A stretch of 33,562 nucleotides of DNA. It comes from Trichomonas gallinae. Lineage: Eukaryota. Positions 18,252 to 28,432 of the stretch are shown piece after piece. Every line of letters begins with the position of its first letter. Within the stretch, counting starts at the first letter, position 1. The stretch spans positions 1-33,562 of the forward strand of contig MRSU01001471.1 in assembly GCA_008369845.1 (NCBI GenBank), given 5' to 3'. Below the pieces are notes generated by a model. The model made no database searches, was not told where the DNA came from, and worked only from the letters and a program-made list of their open reading frames with translations. Position numbers and translations under genes: made by a program.

Positions 18252-18596
18252 ATGAGAAGAGGAGGTGGAAAGGATGATGACTTTGCTGCACAAACAATGG
18301 ACCGGGCTAATATGATGGCTCTTGATGATTTAGCTGACTCCACTGATCGCTTATTACAGCACACAAAAACTCTTCAGGGACAGATTCGAAGTGACGTCGA
18401 AAGACTTGATAATGTTTTATATACAGGCAACAATGCTAATGATATGATGGCAAAAGGCCGCCAATTTGTTAAATCTATCACCGATGATCCAACAGGAATT
18501 GGAATCATGAAAATTGCACTAGTTACATTTACTATATTATGTACGCTATACTTTGGAGGCAAGTTACTTTATATTTTGTTTTTCCGGAAAAAATAA
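18252..18596 (+). CDS. Bet1/Sft1-like Qc-SNARE, tail-anchored, 114 aa
   Basis: Very short N-terminus, one heptad SNARE motif (NMMALDDLADSTDRLLQHTKTLQGQIRSDVERLDNV...), a C-terminal transmembrane helix and basic tail; size and pattern match Bet1. Start moved to the first ATG. Confidence 0.75.
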   Translation: MRRGGGKDDDFAAQTMDRANMMALDDLADSTDRLLQHTKTLQGQIRSDVERLDNVLYTGNNANDMMAKGRQFVKSITDDPTGIGIMKIALVTFTILCTLYFGGKLLYILFFRKK

Positions 18597-19423
18597 TATT
18601 GACTTACGACAGAGAATAGAATAACTATCACAACAGTAGAATAATGAAGTACATCAAATTACAAGTGCGGAAAGCTGTATAACAAAATACAAATTACATA
18701 TTTTCCTTTTATATTACGAAATGACAAATTAATCCGTGTATAGCTTTGCATCAAGAAATAAGGTACGTTTTTAAATTTGCACACCTCATTAAAATTACAA
18801 TATTTTACATAATTTTCATTTCTCATCTATATTCTCCTTTTTTATATCGAAATAAAAATTTCAAATTTGTCCTTTTTCTCAAAACTTTCCGATCATTGTT
18901 GAAGTTATACTGTTAAAAATATTAATACTAAAATTAAGCATTTCATAAGCATGAACTAAATGATAAACAAACTTATATCATTTCACAAATAAAAATATCG
19001 AAATATAGAAATGTCAATCGCATTTAGTGATAGAAAGATTAGAACCTATCGCCAAATACGGTTGAAGTCTCTAGAAAAAAAAAAATATTGAACTATTATA
19101 TTATGCAAGTCGCACATGATGGCGTATAAAACAGATATTATATTATCACCTGAATCTTTTGCCAAATGAATTTTGTATATGTTATGACATTTCAGATTTT
19201 GGTTGCCAAGATTACAGGTTCATCATATATATATGAAGAATATGTTAAATTCTCTTCATATATACTGAGAACAGGCTATTTTTGGCTGCCAAATTTATAT
19301 TTGTGATTTATGGCCGAAAATATGTATTGTATCTTCATATTTTGATGGTATTTGAGCTAGAAAGTCGACTGCTCTATTAAAATTAAAGTTAATATTTGAG
19401 TTTGGTATTATGATTTTGAAATT

Positions 19424-19981
19424 TTAGTAAATTTGCTGGAAGTATTGCATGAATTCATCTCCCAGTCTTGTGTAATCGTCTAAGTCAATTGCTTGGGAAA
19501 TTGGTTCCAAGAATTGTACGAATACGTCTCCTGCATATGAAGCTTTTTGTGCAGCTAAGTCTGGAGCTTGATTTACAGGTGCAGGTGATGATTCACGGTA
19601 TATGCCTTTTCTAATTTCTTTCTTGCGATGTCTATCTAATTTAAGCCAGCGGTTTTTGACATTGATATCTGTTCTATTGGGGAAAAAGTCAGCTATTGCT
19701 TTCCAGTGAGATCCGAGTTCGTTTCTCTTTTCCATTAATAATTCGTCTTCTTGCGGTGTCCATGGAGTGTTATTGACTGAAGGACATAAGTAATTCATAT
19801 ACCTCTCTCTGCACTGTCTTGTACTGCGTCCTTTGATCTTTGAGGCGATCAATGCCCAATTTTCATCTCCGTGTTTCGAAACTAATTCTAATATCTGCTG
19901 GTCTTCTGATGCAGTGAACTTCGATTTAGAATGTGTCTTCTGTGGCATCAACAATTGCCCATAATCATTGGCACAATTCAT
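19424..19981 (-). CDS. R2R3 Myb-like DNA-binding protein, 185 aa
   Basis: KFTASED...WALIA...RSTRQCRERYMNYL.P...WTPQEDELL...WKAIA.FFPNRTDINVKNRW. Confidence 0.97.
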   Translation of the reverse strand: MNCANDYGQLLMPQKTHSKSKFTASEDQQILELVSKHGDENWALIASKIKGRSTRQCRERYMNYLCPSVNNTPWTPQEDELLMEKRNELGSHWKAIADFFPNRTDINVKNRWLKLDRHRKKEIRKGIYRESSPAPVNQAPDLAAQKASYAGDVFVQFLEPISQAIDLDDYTRLGDEFMQYFQQIY

Positions 19982-21142
19982 CTAAAAAAATATTGACATA
20001 AAATTCCCAGAATTCTCATTAATTTGCGGTTATTTGTTCGTGAAATTCTAATATGTTGTATATATGATATTATTAACATAATATTTGAATAAAAGAAGTT
20101 TGGTCGATTGTTAGCTCTTATTTTACTTTGTAATTTTGATCAGATATATATTTAGATAAATATTGGATAAGTAAATCCTTTTTTGAAAGGAAAATTCAAT
20201 GAATTACTTTATTTCGAGTAAGACTTTATTACCATATATTAGGTCGTATAACCCAATTTTTTCGAAAATGTAACTAGTATTTATATTTTTGATTAATTTT
20301 GGTAGATATCAATATTTAACATCCCGTATTTTGACTTTGACATATCAATATTGAAAATCAATTTTTGAGAAGTTTCCTGATGATGACCAAAAAAATAATA
20401 TAATACTTATATATTAAACATTTAGGACAGAAATTATATTATGTCTACCGTAAACCTTTGAAATATAAACAAAAAATAAAAACTTTTCAAAAGTGCTTTT
20501 TGAAGATCGTCAAATGAATCCAATTTTATCGATGATATTGGATTACGACACAGTGATGATTTTAAATAGTGTTTTTTCTTGCCAATTTACATGTTGCCAA
20601 TATTGGCAGATTTCGAAAAAAATGTCAAATTAAAAATGTGATAACCTTTCGAGCTCCTTAAACATTTACTCACTTATTGCATTGTTGTACTCAACTATCA
20701 AGTGTTTGAAATAGAGCAGAAAGCAAACGGAAACTTCTATAATAGGTTTTGCAATTTCGAATTCATTTCTAAATCCATTTGTTGAGCTAAGAGATTGCCT
20801 TTCTGTTTTAAGTTATATGTCTTGTTGTCAATACGAAATTGCCGCTTGCTACTTATAAAAATATTTTTTATTTGAAGAAATCATAAATTATATAAAATCA
20901 GATATGAATTTTAATACACATTACAGACTCTCATATAGCATATCAAAAATACACATGTTTCTGGATTAATCTAAAATTAAACGTGTATTAATGGATTAAT
21001 GTTCAAAGAAACAGTTTGTGATTCTTGAATTCAACATTACCGCATCTGTTTTTGCATATTGAGATTTCAAATGATATTTTTCAAAAACTCAAATGTTAAT
21101 ATGAAGCAAACTTATTACAGAAATGACTGTGAATGAAAGGAA

Positions 21143-21148
21143 TCATTT
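21143..21148 (+). promoter_or_regulatory. Initiator (Inr)-like element TCATTT
   Basis: TCATTT starts 9 nt before the PRMT5 ATG, matching the trichomonad Inr consensus and typical spacing. Confidence 0.6.
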
Positions 21149-21151
21149 TTC

Positions 21152-22741
21152 ATGAATGCACATATTGGTGTGAGATTTAGGGATATTCATGAATTATCGG
21201 AAATATCATCATCTTACCTTAAAGATATACCATTTTATGCATGCTTATCGATTGATGATATCAGGAATAACTTATACTCGCAAGTTTTAATGATGGATAG
21301 TTCATTACCTGCAAAAACAGCTGCTTTTCTAGATATTAATGATTTGAACAATGAAGTATTCGAAATACTATCATATTTATCACTAAAAATCATTATTTTT
21401 ACTTCCAAAATAGAAATATCTTATCAAATTGCTTCAAAATTACTCAAATACATGGAAAAAATACCAGATGTTAGGTACATATACATATGCGATACGCCAA
21501 AACAGTTCATTACTTTACATATTTTAACAAATTATTCTCCTTTACTTACAGCAGGGACAAACTTACCATTAAACGCTACAGATTGGAAAGTATGGAAGAG
21601 TTTACCACTAAGTGCAGTATTTTTAACAAAAGATCACTTTAAAGATAAACTTATCAAGGAAGAATACATTCCATTCATATCTGAAGCCAATCATAGAGAA
21701 GTTCCCACATTTTTAACAACAGATCTACCAGACTTTCCATTCAGTCTCGCATCAGTTTGCCAAATTCTTGAAAAAGTTGAACCTAAAATCTCAAAATACA
21801 TCATTACAAACCCAATGCAACCACTTGCAAAGCAGCTGTCATCATCAATTTACCAAATTTTTGAGACAGACAGTGTCAAATATGATTTATATGAAGAAGC
21901 AATGAAAAAAGTTTTCGAAAAGAAAGGAAAAGACGCTGTTTTGGCTGTTGTCGGTGCAGGACGCGGTCCTCTAGTTGACAGGGCTTTAAAGGCAGGCTTC
22001 GAAAATATAATTGTCGTTGAGAAAAACCATGCTGCATCAATTTTGTTGAGGCAAAGACTTGAAAAAGATTGGCCGAAATCAGTAACATTCTACGAAGGCG
22101 ACATGAGAAACATGAAATTCGAAAAAAGCGTCGACGTAATTGTCTCAGAGTTGTTAGGAAGTTTCGGGGATAATGAGTTGTCTCCAGAATGTTTATTCGG
22201 CTGTAACAAATTTTTGAGCAAAGATGCTGTTTCTATACCCACCAATTATTCGTCGTTTTTAGTCCCAATATCATCGCATCATTTATGGACATTAGCGAAT
22301 AACAACAACCTAGACATGATGTGGATTGTCTCTATGAACACTTCAATTCTTTTGAGTGACTACCAAGAAGTTTTCTCGTTCACTCATCCTTCCGAGAACT
22401 CAGATTTTTACAGCGAAAAAATTTTGGAGTTCAAAATAAACTGTGATGCAACTCTTCATGGATTTGGAGGCTGGTTCGACTCACAGTTGTTCGATGATGT
22501 CAAAATGACAAACAGTCCTCTAAGCGGTACATCAGGGATGGATTCGTGGTATCAAGTTTATGCTCCTATTAGAAAACCTGTAAAAGTTGCTGCAGGACAA
22601 ATTGTTAAGCTATGGATTGCAAGAAAAACAGATGGAAGCTCAGTCTGGTATGAATGGTGTCTAATTGAACCAGAAATTCTTGCAATTCAAAATATCTCAG
22701 GATGTGTCTATTCTATTGGCTTAAGTTCAGGATATGATTAG
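21152..22741 (+). CDS. PRMT5: Protein arginine N-methyltransferase 5 (Skb1/Hsl7 family), 529 aa
   Basis: PMQPL..QL.S.IYQIFETD.VKY..Y, motif I VVGAGRGPLV, VEKN, double-E loop VSELLGSFGDNELSPECL, LHGFGGWFD, GMDSW and VWYEW. Confidence 0.96.
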   Translation: MNAHIGVRFRDIHELSEISSSYLKDIPFYACLSIDDIRNNLYSQVLMMDSSLPAKTAAFLDINDLNNEVFEILSYLSLKIIIFTSKIEISYQIASKLLKYMEKIPDVRYIYICDTPKQFITLHILTNYSPLLTAGTNLPLNATDWKVWKSLPLSAVFLTKDHFKDKLIKEEYIPFISEANHREVPTFLTTDLPDFPFSLASVCQILEKVEPKISKYIITNPMQPLAKQLSSSIYQIFETDSVKYDLYEEAMKKVFEKKGKDAVLAVVGAGRGPLVDRALKAGFENIIVVEKNHAASILLRQRLEKDWPKSVTFYEGDMRNMKFEKSVDVIVSELLGSFGDNELSPECLFGCNKFLSKDAVSIPTNYSSFLVPISSHHLWTLANNNNLDMMWIVSMNTSILLSDYQEVFSFTHPSENSDFYSEKILEFKINCDATLHGFGGWFDSQLFDDVKMTNSPLSGTSGMDSWYQVYAPIRKPVKVAAGQIVKLWIARKTDGSSVWYEWCLIEPEILAIQNISGCVYSIGLSSGYD

Positions 22742-23014
22742 TCATTTTTCTAATTTGATTTAATAATTATTAATTCACCATATTATTTATATATATTATT
22801 GTAAGTCTTAATAAAGCTGTGTATTATAATTTCTAAAGATTTCTTATTTCTAATGATATAGTTTTATATTGTTGCTATTGCTATGAATGATTTTCTATAT
22901 GAGAATTTGTGGAGTATTTATTATTCAATTTTCTTGCCACAAATTGCGTTTCTCTACTAGACTCAATATAGTGAGTATCTCTACTATTACACATGCTAGA
23001 AAAAAGCTTAGATC

Positions 23015-23310
23015 TCTGTATTGAAAGAAGTTAAATTATATCATCACAATCAAAATGCTTAGCAAAATACAAAGTTATTTACTCGAGATAAGCATCTATA
23101 AATGATAATATCTACTCTTTGATGGATGATGCAATGGTGTGTATCTTTCATAGTTAACTCAGTTCGGATCAGTTCCACCTTGAATTATGTGCTGTATCAT
23201 ATCTGCGAAGCCATGAACATAAGTTAATAATAAATGCAGCACCTGCACGAAGTAAAACTACAACAATTGATATTAAACATTGCCATGATGCGAGAAGAAA
23301 AGATTGAATA
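23015..23310 (-). pseudogene. Decayed ankyrin-repeat gene fragment (3-4 repeats)
   Basis: Shifted frames read SFLLASWQCLISIVVVLLRAGA / VHGFADMIQHIIQGGTDPN*VNYERYTPLHHPSKSRYYHL*MLISSK* / TLYFAKHFDCDDII*LLS, each fitting the ankyrin consensus, with stops and frameshifts. Confidence 0.7.
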
Positions 23311-23487
23311 AAATCCCCCTGTTATTGTTGCAAGACCCTGAAATAAAAATGAACAATAATTAAAATGTTTAAAATGACAATATAGGGGTATTTATGGATG
23401 ATGGCATAAAAATTGGGCGAAAATAATAAAACATGTATAATTTCAAGAGAATAAAGACGTAACAGCATTTTTAAGATGTCCAAACAC

Positions 23488-24528
23488 TCACTTTGGAAGA
23501 TCCAATATCGACTTAAGGGAGTCTGCAATATCATTCATTATTGTTTTCGTTGTTTGGAATTTCGTCGGATTCGTCTTTATAATGATGTCTAAAATTATCT
23601 GAATTTTGCTATCTGGGATCTTATAGCGGCTTCCAATATAGCACAAAAGCAAAAGCGCAGCAAATGAAACAGATAAAAACAAAATTTGCTGCATTTGGTT
23701 TGGATCTGGTCTTATTCCGTTCTTCGAAGCCACTCCAGAGTGGAGCTGAAACTCAGAGAACTTGATAACTAAATTTTGCGCGGAAGAGTAAATATGTTCT
23801 AAGATCCAATCAACAGAACACTTTTGGTTTTCAATGACGTCTTTCCACTCGTTTTCATCGCCCAGCGGGAAGCCAACATGAGTGTGGAGCTGAAATAGAT
23901 ATTCTCCTGAAACGTAGCCTGGGTCCAGACCCCTTTGGAAGAATGCAATGAGGTAGTGCTTGGTTCCATTCTCCATTTTGCTCGACAAAATTCTGCAGAT
24001 ATGAGCAGGACCTAATAATTTGTGAACAACAACGGCTAGCGAGCCAATCTCCGGATCTGGGTTGTGTGCATGAGCAGGAGATGGGCTCACAGGTCCCTCT
24101 GTTGTCCTAGGATACGTAATTATCTTTCTAACGAGTGGTTGAAAGTCTGATGATAATGAACGATTGTTTTGCAGCTGTAAAACAGATTTATCGAAGCCTG
24201 GCAGTTTCTCTGTAGGTGTTTTCAACATTGGCACCTTTGCACGCATTTTTGGAGGTAATATAGAAACAACGGCTGGTTCCTCCGCAACTATTAGCTTTGG
24301 AGGAGGAAGAGCTGGCTTTTTAGTAAGTAGTTTGTTAATAGACTCTGCAATTGACTCGGAAGAGACAGATTGGTCAAGTAATTGAGCTCTAAATTTTGTA
24401 ATTTTTGATTTTAAGCCTTTTGTCTCTCTTCCGAGGATATTTCCGATCTCCTTCTCAGTCAGACTTTTCGATGTGCCAATCGCCTTCCTGATTAGATCAA
24501 CATCGGCTGGAGAAAGGCTCTCAGTCAT
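23488..24528 (-). CDS. Tudor-domain protein resembling LIN-9/ALWAYS EARLY (N-terminal HTH-like, Tudor, C-terminal helical domain), 346 aa
   Basis: PEIGSLAVVVHKLLGPAHICRIL...YLIAFFQRGLDPGYV is Tudor-like. The C-terminal SFAALLLL...IPDSKIQIILD...IMNDI resembles the ALY/LIN-9 C-terminus. The CDS is secure; the family call is inferred. Confidence 0.6.
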   Translation of the reverse strand: MTESLSPADVDLIRKAIGTSKSLTEKEIGNILGRETKGLKSKITKFRAQLLDQSVSSESIAESINKLLTKKPALPPPKLIVAEEPAVVSILPPKMRAKVPMLKTPTEKLPGFDKSVLQLQNNRSLSSDFQPLVRKIITYPRTTEGPVSPSPAHAHNPDPEIGSLAVVVHKLLGPAHICRILSSKMENGTKHYLIAFFQRGLDPGYVSGEYLFQLHTHVGFPLGDENEWKDVIENQKCSVDWILEHIYSSAQNLVIKFSEFQLHSGVASKNGIRPDPNQMQQILFLSVSFAALLLLCYIGSRYKIPDSKIQIILDIIIKTNPTKFQTTKTIMNDIADSLKSILDLPK

Positions 24529-25148
24529 TTTTATGTACGTTTATTAAAAAAACTTCTGACAAGTCCTTGTTTTCGCTAAATATTGGCACTTTACACTGTT
24601 TTAATGCGTTTCCAATCGAAATTTTTGGAATTTGGCTTTAATCTTAAAATTCTCTGAATAATTATCGATTATCATATGTTTTTATGATATTTTTAACTTG
24701 ATTACTCCAAATTTAATCATATTATTGCATTGCTCCTGGTCATTATCATGTTATTTTAAATTTGAAAAAATAAAATGATTTTTGATTGCTGAAAACTTCA
24801 ATTATAGGAATTCTTCGATAATAATGCCCTTATGGATGGTTATAGTTTCAAATAAAATTAAATGAAAAATGATAAAACTATTAACAGGTAACTATCACAA
24901 TATACCACAATAAATAAGGTTTCCATAGGTATTTTATTGTTGATTTTATAGGAATTTTCTAACAAAGACAAAAAGTCAACTGAGAAACATAAAAAATTAT
25001 AAAAAGATTCATCTACTGTCCTATATTTGTTACTTTTCATCATATCATGTAAAACCAAATCTTATCATTTAATTATTGATATTGTTTGTTTGATGTGTAA
25101 AATTTTGTAATTCTGATTTTTGCAAAAAAAAAGTAAAGATAGTTTAAA

Positions 25149-26801
25149 TTAAATCAGATTCTTTTCTATTGGATTTCCTTGTTGAGGCTGAGTGTTCTGT
25201 AGTCCACCAATCATGTTATCAATTGAGTTGTTGAAAGCTGCTAAAATATCTTCCTTGGAGCCGAATGCGTAGACAGAAGTTCCCCTGATAATGCAGACAT
25301 CATCGACAATGTTTTGGATCGGCGCAAAAGCGTTTGATGTGAGGATAACTGTCTTGGTGCCTTTCACTGAGCGAATCATCTCCTGGATGTTCTGGCTGGA
25401 CGATGTGTCGATGTTTGCCAGGTCAACATCAATAACTAGTATCTGTTTGTTGTTTAACAAAGCTAATGCAATGAAAAGTTTCTGTCTTTCGTTATCATCA
25501 AGAGATTTCAGTCTCTTTCCAGCAACTCTGTCTAAGCCAAGCTTTATGAAAATGTCATTCACTCCCTGTTTAGTCGCGTCGCTGCTCATTCCTTTGATTC
25601 TGCAGCAAGAATATGCAAAATCATTGCAGGTGAATTTAAGCATGTATTTGCTGATATTGTCATGGCAGAATGAAACATCACCTTTAATGTGCACAGATCC
25701 ATACGGAGGAATGATTTCTTTCGAAATTATTTTAGTGATATCTGATTTGCCGCTAATACTGTTACCAATGATTGCAGTGACGCGTCCTTGTTTGATACCA
25801 AGGTATACATGTGAAAGAGATGCCTCTTCTATGCTGTTTCCACATGTGCAGCAGCATATTTCTTTCGAATTTGGTGAATATTCAAGGCAAACGTCGGTTA
25901 ATCTGACGATAAAATCATTGGAAATGTTCTTCACTGTTTCTTCAGCTGCTATTGCTGACTGATGCTTGTTTTGGTCGACAATATAATCATTGAATTGTAA
26001 TTTCTTGATTTTATGGCAGCATTCCCTTATTTTCTCAACAACCCACATTATAAAGAACCAAAAGAATATTACAATGAAGGCTAAAATGAACATAACAATT
26101 GTAATTTTGCTCTTGAAGAAATTAAAGTCGTTAATGATCTTGTATTCATCCACTGCCTTAAATACTCTCATGAAATGGTGGTAAGTATTGATTGGAACAA
26201 AGAACATCATCATCGGCAATCGATCTGCGAAGCTCATGTCTGTCAGAGGATCGCCTTCACTTTCTTGTGCTGTCCATGATGCAATGAACATCATTATAGG
26301 GGCTTGAGCAATAGCCATTATTAAATACAAAATTCTTCCAACCCATGGATAGTTAAATGAAGCTGAAAATGCATAAGCTAATGTAATTGGAGAAATGAAT
26401 GTAAGGATCGTGTAGAAACATGTCTGTACTGGGTGATCTTTGTAAATACGATCGTAATTTTCCAATCCGTATGAAATTCCCCAATTAATAATAGCTATCA
26501 TAGCCATAAGGATCGAATCAGAAAGGAAATTTCCAATCCAATATGCAAAATACCCAAGACCAAAATTGTTCTTCAGGAAATTGAAAGTTTTTCTGTCTTC
26601 AATTGTCTTGGCTATGTTCAACTGGCAGATAAAAACAAGATTAGTGAAGTTAAGAATGTACATACTTGAATCTCGAATAATATAATGCAAAATTATTGGA
26701 AGAACGATTGCAGCGACTATTGATATGATAGAGTCAATGGGACTCCTCACGTATAGCATCAGTCTCCTGCATATAGATGCCCACAGTTGTCTGAAGAACA
26801 T
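25149..26801 (-). CDS. Half-size ABCA-like transporter (TMD-NBD) with degenerate ATPase motifs, 550 aa
   Basis: Typical ABCA start (FRQLWASICRRLMLYVRSP), EDRK..F...FGL..FAYWIGNFLSD, about six hydrophobic helices, then an NBD fold with altered Walker A, signature, Walker B and H-loop. Confidence 0.9.
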   Translation of the reverse strand: MFFRQLWASICRRLMLYVRSPIDSIISIVAAIVLPIILHYIIRDSSMYILNFTNLVFICQLNIAKTIEDRKTFNFLKNNFGLGYFAYWIGNFLSDSILMAMIAIINWGISYGLENYDRIYKDHPVQTCFYTILTFISPITLAYAFSASFNYPWVGRILYLIMAIAQAPIMMFIASWTAQESEGDPLTDMSFADRLPMMMFFVPINTYHHFMRVFKAVDEYKIINDFNFFKSKITIVMFILAFIVIFFWFFIMWVVEKIRECCHKIKKLQFNDYIVDQNKHQSAIAAEETVKNISNDFIVRLTDVCLEYSPNSKEICCCTCGNSIEEASLSHVYLGIKQGRVTAIIGNSISGKSDITKIISKEIIPPYGSVHIKGDVSFCHDNISKYMLKFTCNDFAYSCCRIKGMSSDATKQGVNDIFIKLGLDRVAGKRLKSLDDNERQKLFIALALLNNKQILVIDVDLANIDTSSSQNIQEMIRSVKGTKTVILTSNAFAPIQNIVDDVCIIRGTSVYAFGSKEDILAAFNNSIDNMIGGLQNTQPQQGNPIEKNLI

Positions 26802-27390
26802 CCAAAAAATATTGCTATCGTTAGAAACTGATCACTTTGAGAGGGCGAGAATTTTGGATCCAAAATCTAAAAATAGCTGAGTCACACAACAGACAAAAAA
26901 ATCAAAACCTTATCGACAAAAAGTCGCTCAAAAATTTTTACACTGGAAAGAAAAATTATTAGTCATACGATTATTTTCAGCTCAATTTTACATTCAATTC
27001 CAAGCCAAATCCATGAAATTGTGGTTTTAAAATCTCGCTGATGAGCCCGTCAATTGAGAGCAACAAGTGAAAGTCTATGCTGGTTCTATGACTCTTTTAA
27101 TACAGATTCAGATAATTGCATCATTGCCAGAGTCTCGGGACTCTTTCCTGATTGAGTTGGAATTCATCTCTTTTTGCTAGAATAGTGTCGAATAATTCAG
27201 GTCAAAAAAAAATAGCTTTATAATTTCCGTAAAAGATAGGTACCTATTAACATTGTAGAATCCTTATAACAACAGTATTCTTATGTTTTGAAAATGCTAT
27301 TTGAAATTCATCGCATCCCATTTTAAATTTGTTCTTTCAAAAAACAAATAGCTATGTATTAGCAATATTTTCCGGTAAATATATGTCTAA

Positions 27391-27437
27391 TTTTGTCAAT
27401 ATGAATATTGTATTCATATCAAATAACATTGACAAAA
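27391..27437. repeat. Nested inverted repeat with TGTCA/TGACA arms
   Basis: ttttgtcaat (27391-27400) pairs with attgacaaaa (27428-27437); inner atgaata pairs with tattcat. Confidence 0.5.
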
Positions 27438-28432
27438 ATAATGCACATATGATATGTTTTACATGACAAAATGTTCACAAATAAAAAATTTACGTGTCAA
27501 AATATTAGTTTCTCGAGTGATTTAACTCGCATGAACGCAGATGTGAGAAGAAATAATTACTTCAAGAACATCATCATACTATAAAGTATGTAAAAATGTG
27601 CTCAGATCAATATATCATGATTTTAAACTTGGTGACAGATTGACAGTCAGATTCGAAAAAATATTTATTTCTCAAATTTCAACGTAAAATTATTTAAGAA
27701 TTCTCATATTGATGTGATAATAAGAACCTACTAGTAGGTCCAATTGTATATTTTTGGTCATTTCGACCGAGTGATCACTCAATGGTTATCGAAATCAATT
27801 TAAAAAGATAATCGCATTTTTGAGAAAGAAAATATTAGTCCATAATCTGTTGTAATTGATATTTAAATTGGAAAAAAAAATACGATGACATAGCAAAAAA
27901 AGAAAATCGGATAATGGATTCGTGTTGGAAAAATGATCCTCCGTTGTAAGTATTAGTTGAAAAAAACATAAATTGGCAGATCTAATCATCTGTGAAAAAT
28001 ATTGAATTCAAAAAGTTGTAATTTCTTAATTCATTTTATCATAAAAACGATTCCTGGGTGAAAATAAAGCGAACAACCAAGAATTAATTTGAAAGAATTG
28101 ATTAAATTTTCATTGAATTTTTCTATTCGAAAAGCACTAATTTCATGAAAATAATGCGAAATAATAAGATTAATTTTAAGAACATCGATTATTATAGATT
28201 CAAAATTTAAAAACGTTAGTTCTCAAAATTAAAGAGTATCCGAAATGACGGTGGGTGAGACAGTATATTGCTTTAACAGTATTTGATAGTTAGCACCTGT
28301 AAAAACGCTGAAATTTCTATGTCGCGGGATAAAATTTTTAATATCTAAAGAAAATGATAAAACATATATTCCGAAAAACAAACTACGGAGTTCTATAATA
28401 GAAACAATATCCATAATATTGAGAATTACGGC

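Noticed and set aside
20640..20860. GC-enriched stretch with 40-codon open segments on both strands
   Set aside because: No recognisable motif and no consistent coding strand.
27031..27155. Hammerhead-like core order (CTGATGA 27038, GAAA 27069, AGTC/GACT then C) or a box C/D snoRNA (TGATGA...CTGA)
   Set aside because: Hammerhead stems I and II do not pair, and the snoRNA terminal stem is weak with no rRNA guide I can recognise. An Infernal/Rfam search would settle it.
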